From the NCBI RefSeq assembly GCF_006345805.1, contig NW_021835975.1:1655-65654 (forward strand): a DNA stretch of 64,000 nucleotides. Direction: 5' to 3'. The position numbers and the translations under genes were made by a program. The notes under the pieces are model-generated. The model did not search any database, was not told where the DNA came from, and was given only the letters and a program-made list of their open reading frames with translations. This DNA comes from Octopus sinensis (taxonomy: Eukaryota). Of this stretch, positions 31,423-44,195 are shown piece by piece (the stretch's first letter is position 1; the number at the start of each line of letters is the position of its first letter).

Positions 31423-31748
31423 AGGTAGGAGTGGCTGTGTGGTAAGTAGCTTGCTTACCGACCACATGGTTCAGGGTTCAGTCCCACTACGTGGCACCTT
31501 GGGCAAGTGTCTTCTGCTATAGCCCCGGGCCGACCGAAGCCTTGTGAGTGGATTTGTTAGACGGAAAATGAAAGAAGCCCGTCGAATATATGTATATATA
31601 TGTATTTGTGTATGTGTGTGTGTTTGTGTGTCTGTGTTTGACCCCCAACATCGCTTGACAACCGATGCTAGTGTGTTTACGTCCCCGTAAATTAGCGGTT
31701 CGGCAAATGAGACCAATAGAATAAGTACTAGGCTTACAAAGAATAAGG
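31423..31748 (+). mobile_element. tRNA-SINE copy, followed by an inverted piece of the CT-rich element (~31749-31955)
   Basis: Same SINE family; the GA-rich tract is the reverse complement of ~30540-30745. Confidence 0.8.
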
Positions 31749-31998
31749 TGGGAGAGAGGGGAAAGAGGGAGAAAGTGGGAGGGAGGGGAATAAGAGAGGG
31801 AGATGCTGGGAGGGAAGGAGAAAGGTGGAAGGGGCAGGGCGGAAGTAAGAGTGAGAGAGGGTGGGAGAGAGAGAGGGAGAGAGGGTAGGAAAGTGAATGA
31901 GAGGGATAGAGTGAGAGGCAGAGGCAGAGAGAGGAAGAGGGAGGGAGAGAGAGGACATATATTGATATGCAGTTAAGTATATGTCCAGTCATAGAGTG

Positions 31999-32416
31999 GG
32001 ATCTTTTCGTTTTGCTCGGCAGTTTTTTAACAAAATTTCCACGTAACTAAACACTTTTAAACTTCGTATACTGGTAGAATGTGTTTATAAAACATCTTTT
32101 TCTCTTGGCTTTATTGAGAAAATTCTATGGTTTCTAAGATATTTGTTGTTTTGTTTTCTTCAATTTCTGCAATTTCAACCAATTAATGTCGTCTATTGAG
32201 GTGAAAAACATTCTGTGCCATATGAATATGTCCCTCGTTTAAGAAACAGATTGGGTTTATTTACATTTGTGAAGAAAAGAAGATACCCTTCCCCACACCC
32301 TTAACCCTAAAACTAAAATAGATTGAAATGCAATAGATCGATTCTAGGGTCATAATTATGGGTGACAATTTCATATGACACCGCTAGAAAAACTGCCGGT
32401 CAAACCGAAAAGATCC
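31999..32416. mobile_element. GGATC-TIR MITE copy
   Basis: TIRs present; internal cccttaaccctaa. Confidence 0.88.
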
Positions 32417-32976
32417 ATTCGCATATATAAGACACTTAACCCTTTGAACAACTCAGCACCCTTAATGACGAGGGGGGGGGGCATATACTTCTTGAAGCTG
32501 ACGGTAGAAATCCATTAGGGGCAGGTAATTAGTAAACAAACAATAAACCTTGTGGGTTGGCAAGCTCGAGTATTCTCCCTTTGACCAGTCCAGTTAGCAA
32601 GTCCGTTATGAGCTGAGTGACGAATGCTGTCCTCCCTGTTCTGCTCTCTCTATCATTCCTATCCCCACCTCCCTCCCTCTATATACCCATGTACACACTA
32701 GTCTCTGCCTCCCGCTACCTACTCGCGTTTCCTTGGCAACGTCCTGCCACTTATATCGTAGCCTCCCTCTACCACGGCGCTATTCACCTGTCACTTGCTG
32801 CCATTTCTCTCTCACTCTCTCTCTCTCTCTTCCTTTACTCTATCACCCTTTCCATTTTCTGCCCTCCCCCACCGACACTTCATCATCGCTCGTCTGCTCT
32901 CTCTTCCTCTCTCTCTCTCTCTCTTCCTCTCTCTCTCTTCCTCTCTCTCTCTCTCTTCCTCTCTCTCTCTCTCCTC

Positions 32977-33009
<33 letters not shown>

Positions 33010-33115
33010 TCAACTCTCCATCTTTCCTTCTCTGTCTCCCTCAGTCTTTCCACCACTCTCCCTCTGATTCTCGCCCTCTCTCCTCTCTCTCTCTCCTCTC
33101 TCTCTCTCTCTTCCT

Positions 33116-33149
<34 letters not shown>

Positions 33150-33659
33150 CTCTCGCTCATCCTCTCTGTCTCTTCTTCTCCTCCATCCCTCCCACCCTCT
33201 CCTCCTCTTACTCCCCTCCCTCCCTCCCTCCCTCCCTATTTCTCCCTCTGTCCCTCGCCCTCTCCCTCCCTCCGCTCTCTTCTCCCTCACTCTCTCTCTC
33301 CTTCTCCCCTCTCTCTCCATCAATCCTCTCTCTCACCCTCTCTCCCTCTCTGCCTCTTCTCCTCTCTCCTTCCCTCTTCCTCTCTCTGCCTCTGCTCTCT
33401 CACTCTATCCCTCTCATTCACTTTCCTACCCTCTCTCCCTCTTACTTCCACCCTCCGCCCTCCCCCTCACTCTATCTTTCCCACCCTCTCCACCTCTTAT
33501 TCCCTACCTCCCACTTTCTCCTCTCTCTCACCTTCACTCTATGTGGCTGAGTAACCTTGTACCTCCCCTACAGCAAGACACCTGTTTCTGTCTTTCTATC
33601 TCACTCTAACCTTTCATCATCCGACACAAGATCCCCTCCTCCAATGTCCCCTCCCCCTC

Positions 33660-34210
33660 TGTCTGTGTTCGTGTCTTCGTTACGTCAACATTGCATCAAC
33701 CTCGCTCTGCCTGTGTTCGTTCCGTCTACATAGCATCAACTGCTCTCTGTCTGTGTTCGTGTGTTCGTTCCGTCAACATTGCATCAACCTCGCTCTGCCT
33801 GTGTTCGTTCCGTCAACATTGCATCAACCTCGCTCTGCCTGTGTTCGTTCCGTCAACATTGCATCAACCTCGCTCTGTCTGTGTTCGTGTGTTCGTTCCG
33901 TCAACATTGCATATACCTCGCTCTGTCTGTGTTCGTGTGTTCGTTCCGTCAACATTGCATATACCTCGCTCTGTCTGTGTTCGTTCCGTCAACATTGCAT
34001 CGACCTCGCTCTGTCTGTGTTCGCGTGTTCATTCCGTCAACATTGCATCAACCTCGCTCTGTCTGTGTTTGTGTGTTCGTTCCGTCAACATTGCATCAAC
34101 CTCGCTCTGTCTGTGTTCGTGTGTTCGTTCCGTCAACATTGCATCGACCGCGTCTGTCTGTGTTCGTGTGTTCGTTCCGTCTACATAGCATCTACTGCGC
34201 TCTGTCTGTT
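33660..34210 (-). repeat. Short inverted array of ~39-47 bp monomers related to the 92-bp satellite
   Basis: ctgtctgtgttcgtgtgttcgttccgtcaacattgcatcaacctcgct; reverse complement matches gagcgaggttgatgc.atgt..acggaacgaacacacg.acacagacag. Confidence 0.9.
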
Positions 34211-34284
34211 GATCAAATCAACGGGACGGACACACAGACACAGACGTGGAGTGCTGACGCACACATATACACACATAATATTTT

Positions 34285-34470
34285 CTACTCTAAGCACAAG
34301 GCCCGAAATTTTGGGGTAAGGTGTGGGGCAGTCGATTTGATTGACCTCAGTACGTTACTGGTACTTAATTTATTGACCCTAAAAGGATGAAAAACAAAGT
34401 CCACCTCGGCGGAATTTGAACTCAGAAAGTAACGGCCGACGAAATACGTCCACGCATTTCGCCACCATTG
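34285..34470 (-). mobile_element. SINE with Meta-like core domain; related copies at ~48050-48165 and 57320-57700
   Basis: Reverse complement of gttcaaattccgccgaggt(c/g)gactttg...ttcatcctttcggggtcgataaa...aagtacc. Confidence 0.7.
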
Positions 34471-34584
34471 CCCCAGATTGATGGACGACAAACACACACA
34501 CATCTTTTACCTTATCTTTTTTTTAGCTTCAGTCGTCATTCTGTGGCCCCTCTGGGGCACCGCTTTGAAGAATCGACCTCATTA

Positions 34585-34694
34585 CTTAATATTATTATTA
34601 TTATTATTATTATTATCATTTTATTATGATTATTATTATTATATTATTTTTATTATTATTATAATTATTATTATTATTATTATTATCATTATTA

Positions 34695-34725
<31 letters not shown>

Positions 34726-35345
34726 CATTATTATTATTATTATTATTATAATTATTATTATAATTATCATATATTATTATTATTATTATTATTAATATTA
34801 TTATTATTTTTATTATTATTATAATTATTATTATTATAATTATCATTATCATTATTATTATCATTATTATTATTATTATTATAATATTATTATTATTATT
34901 ATTATAATTATCATTACTATTATATTATAATAATTATATTATTATTATAATTATTATTATTATAATTATCATTATCATTATTATTATCATTATTATTATT
35001 ATTATATATTATCATTATATTATTATAATATCATTACTATTATTATTATAATAATTATTATTATTATAATTATTATTATAATTATCATTATTATTATAAT
35101 TATCATTATTATTATTATAATTATTATAATCATTATTATTATGTTTGTTATTATTACTGTTATTATTATTATTATTTTTATTATATAATTATTATTATAA
35201 TTATCATATTATTATTATAATTATTATAATCATTATTATTATGTTTGTTATTATTACTGTTATTATTATTATTATTTTTATTATTATTATCACTATTATT
35301 ATTATCATTATTATTATCATCATATCATCATTATTATTATCATAT
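34585..35345. repeat. (ATT)n/(ATC)n microsatellite
   Basis: Direct reading. Confidence 0.97.
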
Positions 35346-35795
35346 TTTTTCTATCGGCGTTTTCTGCCAAACTGCTAAGTGACGGGAACATAAATGTACC
35401 AACACCGGTTGCCATGCAGTGGAGAGCGGGAATCAAACATAGACACACACACACACACATACGTACATGTAACGAAGGACTGTATGTTACCAAATGTAAC
35501 GAAATGATGGTAGACACAGGTTTGTTGTCCCACGTCGGGGTTGCTAAGTGTAGCAGGTTGAAATGAGAAGTCGGGTCACCAAATGTAACATGTTTTGTTA
35601 CAATTCAGATTGCAAACCCACAGCCTTCAAAGTGTGATGTAGTGGTCTTGTATCCAAGAGAGGCTATGCTTCGTGTCAATTCTACTGTCTTCTTCAAGCT
35701 TCCACGCAACATAACCATACAGAGACTTTTTTTCTGTATACTGAGCGCTTTCCATCCAAGTTTTCTCTGTGCCGAGTTTGGGTTTATAACCATTA

Positions 35796-36000
35796 GGATC
35801 TTTTCGGTTTGAACGGCAGTTTTTTCTAGTGGTGTCATATGAAATTGTCACCCATAATTATGACCCTAGTATCGATCTATTGCATTTCAATCTATTTTAG
35901 GACTAGGGTTAGGGGTGGGGGAAGGGTATATTTTTTTTCTTCACAAATGTAAATAAACCCAGTTTGTTTCTTAAACGAGGGACATATTCATACGGCACAG
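35796..36000. mobile_element. Half copy of GGATC-TIR MITE
   Basis: One TIR plus internal sequence. Confidence 0.75.
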
Positions 36001-36149
36001 CTTTGGGGCTGTATAGGAGACCATCAGGAAGAGAGTGCTTCATGAGAATATTTCTTTATTACCCACTAGGGGCGACACTACAAGACATTGGGGACATAGA
36101 ACATTATAAAAATAAAAGTATGTAAAATGAAATTTTGAAAATGATAATA

Positions 36150-36682
36150 TGCGTGGCACCTTGGGCAAGTGTCTTTTACTATAGCCTCGGGCCGACCAAA
36201 GCCTTGTGAGTGGATTTGGTAGACGGAAACTAAAAGAAGCCCGTTGTATATATGTATATATATATGTATATAGGCGCAGGAGTGGCTGTGTGGTAAGTAG
36301 CTTGTTTACCAACCACATGGTTCCGGGTTCAGTCCCACTGCGTGGCATCTTGGGCAAGCGTCTTCTGCTATAGCCTCGGGTCGACCAAAGCCTTGTGAGT
36401 GGATTTGGTAGACGGAAACTGAAAGAAGCCCGTCGTATATATGTATATATATATATATGCGTGTGTGTATTTGTGTGTCTGTGTTTGTCCCCCTAGCATT
36501 GCTGACAGCCGATGCTGGTGTGTTTATGTCGCCGTTACTTAGCGGTTCGACAAAAGAGACCGATAGAATAAGTACTAGGCTTACAAAAGAATAAGTCCCG
36601 GGGTTGATTTGCACGATTAAAGGCGGTGCTCCAGCATGGCCGCAGTCAAATGACTGAAAACAAGTAAAAGAGTAAAAGAGTA
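36150..36682 (+). mobile_element. Partial plus full-length tRNA-SINE in tandem
   Basis: Full copy 36272-36682 from ggcgcaggagtggctgtgtgg to tail ggcggtgctccagcatggccgcagtcaaatgactgaaa..(gtaaaaga)n. Confidence 0.88.
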
Positions 36683-36954
36683 TGAAAGTGATGCTAACGG
36701 CCCCATCCGCCAGCACCACTTACCTGTCCTTCAAAACCCATCATCATTTATCATCTCCAATCAAAAGCCCATTTTTTCCTATCGTTCTCTCAGCTTTCCT
36801 TTCATACTCTTTCACCGTCTCATCCGTAAATGTTACCTTAATCACTTTCACACCTTCATTTACACACTTCGCCATAATTTCATCCCTCTGTTCCTTTGGC
36901 ACTACTGCATAACTCCCTTCTACTCTCTCATACCATGAGTGCTTCATGAGAAGC

Positions 36955-37308
36955 TCACTGCCAACTCCATACAACATTGCTCACTTCACTTTCCAGCACT
37001 GCATTCATATATTTACTTTTGCTGCTGTTGTTTAGCAGGTGTTGCCTGAGTGATACAAAACAGCATTCGAAGGCCGTCTGCACTGATCTCAGGCCTCTAC
37101 CACCTTCATTTCTTCTGAGGTAGAGCCTGTCAACATCACTGTTTCTGTGGAAGTTCCCAGATGTTGTCAGGATTTTGTGGGTTTTGATATCTATGGAGTG
37201 AATTTCCTTTACAGACCAATCAAGTATCCCAAATGTTGGGATCAGCACTGGTACTGAAAATGCATTGTGGGATATTGTTTTTTGTAAGAGGAGAGTTCCG
37301 ACTACCAT
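36955..37308 (-). mobile_element. Fragment of an RLE-type (R4/Dong-like) non-LTR retrotransposon RT thumb region
   Basis: NAFSVPVLIPTFGILDW...DIKTHKILT..GNFHRNSDVDRLYLRRNEGGRGL motif. Confidence 0.7.
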
Positions 37309-37319
37309 ATTTTCCTATG

Positions 37320-37351
<32 letters not shown>

Positions 37352-38149
37352 CAGATTTGTGAGAACATCGTTGTCTTTGTCTGCCGAAATGGCATTTTTT
37401 CCAAAATACGCCAGCTAAACTTGTTGTACTGTTATTAGTTGTAAGACACCTGCTGTTTTCGTCCTGTTTTTACAATTATTGTTTCTTGTACTTCATTTTT
37501 GTTTTTTTGTATTTCATTATTGTTTTTCATATTTTATATTTGTGTGGCATCGTCCGTTTTTCTGTCCCTGTTTCGTATACATTCGATCCTTCTTCCAAGA
37601 AATCTAATGCTCGTAGCTTAGTTTTTCCTTGGGGCTGGCCGGATCGGAGTGATCTCAAGATAATCAGCCGAAATTGCTACGATGATCCGGTTCTTGACTG
37701 AAGATTGAAGGCTTCGAATGTCCCGTCCGTGTTTTTATGTTCTTGTCCCAGTTTGTATTTTTCTACATATAATAATAATATATATATATGTGTGCAGATT
37801 TGTATGTTTTGCATTATGTATGTATTCTCATGCATATAGATGCATATCTACACACGCTCATATACATTTAAATGATAAACTTCTGCAAAGTTTTACAGAT
37901 TTTTACAGTTCCAGTGATGGGTTGGATCTGTAGTCTTCGAATTAGCTTTCTCTTTTCCAGTTTTGAGAAGTCTAATTTCTCAAGATTGGTACCTAGACAG
38001 TGAGTTCCATATTCCAGGGCCCCACTGATTACAGGTATCCCAAATTTTTCTATGTATATATATATATGTGCAGATTTGTATGTTTTGCTTTATGTATGTA
38101 TTCCCCTCTGTGGTGTTGTTTTACCTTTATAATAAAATATATACAAATT

Positions 38150-38885
38150 CATCATCGTTTAACATCCGTTTTCCGCGCTAGCACGGGTTGAATGGTTAGA
38201 CCGGGGTCTGGGAAGCCAGGGGCTGCACCAGGCTCCAGTCTGATCTGGCAGTGTTTCTACAGCTTGATGCCCTTCCAAACGCCAACCACTCCGCGAGTGT
38301 AGTGGGTGCTTTTTACGTGCCACCGGCACAGGTGCCAGGGGAGTCTGGCATCGGCCACGATCGGTTGGTGCTTTTAACGTGCCAGCCAAGGCAGCGCTGG
38401 TATCGGCCACGTTCGGATGGTGTTTTTTATGTGCCACCGGCACAGAAGCCAGTCGAGGCAGCGCTGGCAACGGCCACGTTCGGATGGTGCTTTTTATGTG
38501 CCACCGGCACAGGTATCACAACTACTATTTCCATTGATATTTGTTTCGATGTTCATGTACATGCACTTGACTCAACAGGTCTCCTCAAGCACAGCGGGAT
38601 GTTTTGGAATCCAAGGTACTTTGAATGGGCTGGGGCTATGCGGAACTGGTGCAGGAAGCAGCCCGGGTCTTTGCAGTCACAGCACATCTCCAGAGATCTC
38701 GGTCCTTCGCCATTGACTCAGTGAGGCCTAACGCTCTGAGGTCATGCTTGACTACCTCATCCCATGTCTTCCTGGGCCTACCTCTTCCCCTAGCACTTCT
38801 TCACACATCTCTCCTCATCCATCTGCAGTACATGACCATACCATCGCAAGCGTCGCTCTGCACACCACATCTGATGCTTCTTATG
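38150..38885 (-). mobile_element. RTE-LINE 3' end and 3' UTR with (GAT)n tail; related copies at 48236-48590 (+) and 55367-55650 (-)
   Basis: Reverse complement of ggtggcacgtaaaaagcaccc...ggttggcgttaggaagggcatc...atgatgatg; upstream G-RGRPRKTW coding remnant. Confidence 0.75.
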
Positions 38886-39132
38886 TCCATATTAAAATAA
38901 AAAAATATATAGAGTACAGCACGGTTTCTACTTCCCGGATGTTCACCGATTGTGGAGGGTTTTGGAATGTAACACCGTGATAGTCAAGGGGTTATTGTAT
39001 ATGACTTGAACCGGTGGATGGAGGTTCGAATATTTGAATTCTCTTCATTTTGCCTTCATACAACTAAAGATGGAGGCAAGACCAGCACATATGAAACTTT
39101 GAGTAATGTGGAGCTGAGTGAACCTGTGACTA

Positions 39133-39361
39133 ATGTGTGTGTGTATGTGTATATCTGTGTACAAGAACATGTGTTTGTGTGTGTGTGTGTGTATGTGTAT
39201 ATCTGTGTACAAGAACATGTGTTTGTGTGTGTGTGTGTGTATGTGTATATCTGTGTACAAGAACATGTGTTTGTGTGTGTGTGTGTGTATGTGTATATCT
39301 GTGTACAAGAACATGTGTTTGTGTGTGTGTGTGTGTTTGTGTATATCTGTGTACACGAACA

Positions 39362-39394
<33 letters not shown>

Positions 39395-39878
39395 ATCTGT
39401 GTACACGAACATGTGTTGTGTGTGTGTGTGTTATATCTGTGTACACGAACATGTGTGTGTGTGGTGTGTGTGTGTATGTGTATATCTGTGTACACGAACA
39501 TGTGTTTGTGTGTGTGTGTGTGTGTTGTGTATATCTGTGTACACGAACATGTGTTTGAGTGTGTGTGTGTGTATGTGTATATCTGTGTACACGAACATGT
39601 GTTTGTGTGTGTGTGTGTGTGTGTGTATATCTGTGTACACGAACATGTGTTTGTGTGTGTGTGTGTGTGTGTGTATATCTGTGTACACGAACATGTGTTT
39701 GAGTGTGTGTGTGTGTATGTGTATATCTGTGTACACGAACATGTGTTTGTGTGGTGTGTGTGTGTGTGTATATCTGTGTACAAGAACATGTGTTTGTGTG
39801 TGTGTGTGTGTGTGTGTATATCTGTGTACACGAACATGTGTTTGTGTGTGTGTGTGTGTGTATCTGTGTACAAGAACA

Positions 39879-39909
<31 letters not shown>

Positions 39910-40255
39910 CTGTGTACACGAACATGTGTTTGTGTGTGTGTGTGTGTGTGTGTATATCTGTGTACAAGAACATGTGTTTGTGTGTGTGTGTGTGTGTGTG
40001 TATATCTGTGTACAAGAACATGTGTTTGTGTGTGTGTGTGTGTTTGTGTATATCTGTGTACAAGAACATGTGTGTGTGTGGTGTGTGTGTGTGTGTGTAT
40101 CTGTGTACAAGAACATGGTGTTGTGTGTGTGTGTGTGTATGTGTATATCTGTGTACAAGAACATGTGTTGTGTGTGTGTGTGTGGTGTGTGTGTATATCT
40201 GTGTACAAGAACATGTGTTGTGTGTGTGTGTTGTGTATATCTGTGTACAAGAACA

Positions 40256-40288
<33 letters not shown>

Positions 40289-40440
40289 ATCTGTGTACAA
40301 GAACATGTGTGTGTGTGTGTGTGTATGTGTATATCTGTGTACACGAACATGTGTTTGTGTGTGTGTGTGTGGTGTATATCTGTGTACACGAACATGTGTT
40401 TGTGTGTGTGTGTGTGTGTGTGTATCTGTGTACACGAACA

Positions 40441-40473
<33 letters not shown>

Positions 40474-40505
40474 ATCTGTGTACACGAACGTGTGGGTGTG
40501 TGTGT
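39133..40505. repeat. ~44-46 bp minisatellite, (TG)n-tatatctgtgtaca(a/c)gaacatgtgtt
   Basis: About 30 units; the long Cys/Val and His/Thr ORFs here are artefacts. Confidence 0.95.
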
Positions 40506-40574
40506 TGAGCTTTCATTTGTCTGTCCTTGTTTGTCCTCTCTGTGTTTAGCCCCCTAGTGGGTAGTAAAGAAATA

Positions 40575-42768
40575 GAAATAGGTATGAAGACAGGGAAAGC
40601 TCCTGGCCCATCAGGAATCACCGCAGAGATGCTCAAAATATCTAGCAGTGTCGGCTATAGCTTAGCCACCCATATAGTCAAGCAGGTGATACACGAAGGA
40701 GTCATACCCAATGACTGATGTAGCAGCATCAAAGTCAACTGCTACAAAGGAAAAAGTGATGCATTAGATACAAATAATTACAGAGGTATCAAGCTGTTGA
40801 ATCAGGTAATGAAAGTCACGGAGAGAGTTGTAGCCCAACTAATTAGGGAGAGGGTCACTCTAGATGAGATGCAGTTTGGGTTTGTGCCAGGGAAAAGCAC
40901 CACTGATGATATATTTCTGGTGAGACAGCTGCAGGAGAAATATCTAGCCAAAGATAAACCCCTGTACCTAGCTTTCATTGACATGGAGAAAGCCTTTGAC
41001 AGGGTCCCCCGATCCCTTATCTGGTGGTCAATGAGGAAACCAGGGATAGATGAATGGTTAGTGAGAGCTGTGCGAGCCATGTACAGGGATACTGTCAGTA
41101 AGGAGAGGGTTAACAACGAGTACAGTGAAGAATTCCAGGTAGAGGTAGGGATCCACCAAGGTTCAGGCCTCAGCCCCCTCCTATTTATCATAGTCCTCCA
41201 GGCAATAACAAAGAAATTCAAGACAGGATGCCCCTGGGGGCTCCTCTATGCTGATGACCTTGCTCTAATTGCTGAGTCACTATCAGAAGTAGAGGAGAAG
41301 TTTCAGGTGTGGAAGCAAGGATTAGAATCGAAGGACCTTAGAGTCAACCTTGCTAAAATCAAAATCTTAATAAGTAGGAAGGCAGACAAACCACAAACGC
41401 CTTCAGGTAGATGGCCCTGCTTGATCTGTAGAAAAGGCGTAGGTAGAAACTCTATAAGATGAACCCAGTGTAAGCTATGGACACATTAGAGGTGCAGTAA
41501 TATCAAAGGAAGGCTAACTGGGAAGATACCTTTTGTATGTGGAAGATGCTTAGGAGCAATAAACACTGAAAATGTGCAGAGAACAACTTCTGCCACATTC
41601 CAGGGAGAAAAACTAGAAGTAGTTGACAGCTTCCGTAACCTAGGTAACCAAGTCAGTAGCTGGGGTGGATGCTCTGAAAGTGTAGATGCTAGAATAAGAA
41701 TAGCCTGGGCAAAGATTAGAGAGCTCCTACCTCTGCTGGTGACAATGGGCCTCTCGCTAAGAGTAAAAGGTAGAGTGTATGATGCCTATATGGCAGTGAA
41801 ATATGGGCTGTGACTGCTGAGGACATGCGTAAGCTCACAAGGAATGAAGCCATTAATATCCGATGGATGTGTAATGTCAGTGTACATACACGACAGTAAG
41901 TACCTTGAGAGAAAAGTTGGACCTAAGAAGCATCAGTTGTGATGTGCAAGAGAGATGACTGCGCTGGTATGGTCATGTGGCGAGAATGGATGAGGATAGC
42001 TTTGTGAAAAAGTGTCACACCCTAGCAGTTGAAGGAACCTGTGGAAGAGGTAGACCCAGGAAGACCTGAGATGAGGTGGTGAATCACGACCTTAGAACAT
42101 TAGGCCTCACCAAGGAAATGACAAGTGACCGAGACATTTGGAAATATGTTATGCTTGAGAAGACCCAGCAAGCCAAGTGAGGCAATAACCTTGTGACCTA
42201 TGCCAGGGGCGTAACCAACCCACTTATGTGTACCTTTCTTTCATTTGACACTAAACTCTGCTTGCGAAGACCTGTTGAAGCAAGTGAGATCAAAATCAAA
42301 TTCACTGATGTGGCCAATGACAGCACCGCCTGACCAGCATCTGTGCCAGTGGAACATTAAGAGCATCATCTGAGCGTGATCATTGCCAGGGCTGCTGACT
42401 GGCTCCTGTGCCGGTGGCATGAAAAACGCACCATTCGAGCGTGATCATTACCACCGTAGTCTTACTGGCACTTGTGCTGGTGGCATGTGAAAAAAACATT
42501 CGAGCGAGGTCGTTGCCAGTGCCGCTGGACTGGCTCCTGTGCAGGTGGCACGTACAAAACACCATTGAAGCATGATTGTTGCCAGTACTGACTGACTGGC
42601 CCTCACGCCGGTGGCACATAAAAGCACCCACTACACTCTTGGAGTGGTTGGCATTAGGAAGGGCATCCTCTGCCAGATCAGTTTGGAGCCTGGTGTAACC
42701 ATCTGGCTCGCCAGTCCTCAGTCAACCCATGCCAGCATGGAAAGCGGACGTTAAACAATGATGATGAT
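40575..42768 (+). mobile_element. 5'-truncated RTE-clade LINE (RT, C-terminus, long 3' UTR, (GAT)n tail), inactivated
   Basis: GKAPGPSGI, QFGFVPGKSTTD, LAFIDMEKAFDRVPR, GIHQGSGLSPLLF, LLYADDL, LRWYGHV, GRGRPRKT; in-frame stops. Confidence 0.92.
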
Positions 42769-44195
42769 ACATGTGTGTGAGTGAATGTGTATATATATAT
42801 ATGTGAATGTATGTATGTATATGTGTATAGATGTCCAGATTGGTATTTATGTGTAAATTGGTCTGTTAGTCCTTTAATGTCAGGATGGTCACTTAGCCAC
42901 TCAGTAAATTGAGGTCAATAATACAAATACCAGCTTGAAATAAGTACAGGAATTTAAATCCGATCAACTAAAACCCTTGAGAGTAGGGGCCCATTGTGGT
43001 TGCTGTCCAATGACTGAAACCGGTAAAACAAATAACAAAAGCAAAAATCCAGAATATTATCCACAAGAAAAAAATAAATAAATATAGATTTGGATCTCTG
43101 TCCTTTTATTTATTTAAATCAGATCTCCAAATAATTTTATTCAAATTTTTTTTTAAATTTCATACATATCAGTATACCTGAGACCTGTAGGTTAGAGGGG
43201 TCATCGGTGGTCATTCACTGCTGATGAACCTTTGAAGCCGGCAGGCATCAGGTGTGCACAGCTTTTGATTGGCATTATTTTTCACAAACAAGTTGGAGTT
43301 GGATTTTCAATCCTTCTGATCATCTTATTCAGACAATATTAAATCACAGTTCGTTTTGTGATCTGATCTTTTATTACCTGGTGGTAGAACTAGAAGGTTA
43401 AGTTTTACCTGGAAAAGTCTCAACTCATATCTCTAAGTAATTTTATTCAAATTTTTTTGAAAGTTCGCACATATCCATAGAAACATCCCACATTTTCTGG
43501 GCCAAAGTTTTATTCTTAGCACATGCAGACATATTCTTTGAAATCTCAACATTTTCGAAATAACAGCCACTGACCTTCTCCAAACTTGGATCAACAGCCA
43601 TGTATACAACAGTTAACGCTGCATTCTTGGACGTACGACCAATCTTTGAGGATAACCAACCAGAAAATCGCAAAAGTATTTGTTTCATTGGGTTGGAGTC
43701 AGCATACCATATACCAGAATAAACATAACCAGGATTCATGCTATTGGCTGTTACATTGTCTGCAGATAGCTTCTCAGCCAGTACATTTGTGTGCCAGATC
43801 TGAGCAAGTTTACTAAGATGATAGTTTGCCAATTTGGGATATTTAACACCAGTTGAGGACGATGAATCATTTGGTTGAAAAGAAATGATTGATTCTCTTA
43901 CTGAAGCATGCGCCAAAGAGCTTACATTAATTATGCGGCTTGGAGCAGATTTCTTGAGCAAATCTAAAAGCAGGTAGGTCAGAAGGAATGGCCCTGTGAA
44001 GTTGACGCCAAAAATTATTTCATATCCTTGTTTTGTTGTCTTCCTCAGGTCTGTGCCAAGACCTGCATTGTTGATCAGGACATCCAGTTGTTTTTCTGTA
44101 TCTATAATCTATAACGGAAACAAGAAAATGGTTAAACCATAAATTATAAGGAAATACAGATAGCATTACAACTTTTATTATTATCATTATTAATG

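Larger units (their letters stand above)
25578..33660 (+). repeat. Four diverged tandem copies of a composite TE cassette (~25578-28125, 28126-29856, 29857-32417, 32418-33660 partial)
   Basis: Repeated order: CT-rich element (gagtattctccctttgacc...), pogo-like 3' end, linker, tRNA-SINE, GGATC MITE, each with copy-specific deletions. Confidence 0.9.

Noticed and set aside
25647-33609. Long Leu/Ser/Pro-rich ORFs
   Set aside because: Translations of CT microsatellite-rich repeats
6565-34260. Possible terminal inverted repeat gtgtcagcac (6566) / gtgctgacgc (34251) defining one giant foldback transposon
   Set aside because: The left motif lies in frame in the LINE RT sequence (WVLTRLLNHSNVEVIYLDF), so the ~9-bp match is probably coincidental
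37630-37732. ctgaaga...ttcgaat and cagccgaaa motifs resembling a hammerhead in a TA-flanked repeat
   Set aside because: Core elements are not correctly arranged (GAAU instead of GAAA, weak stems)
39006-40636. 400-500 aa Cys/Val- or His/Thr-rich ORFs
   Set aside because: Products of a (TG)n-based minisatellite that is open in several frames
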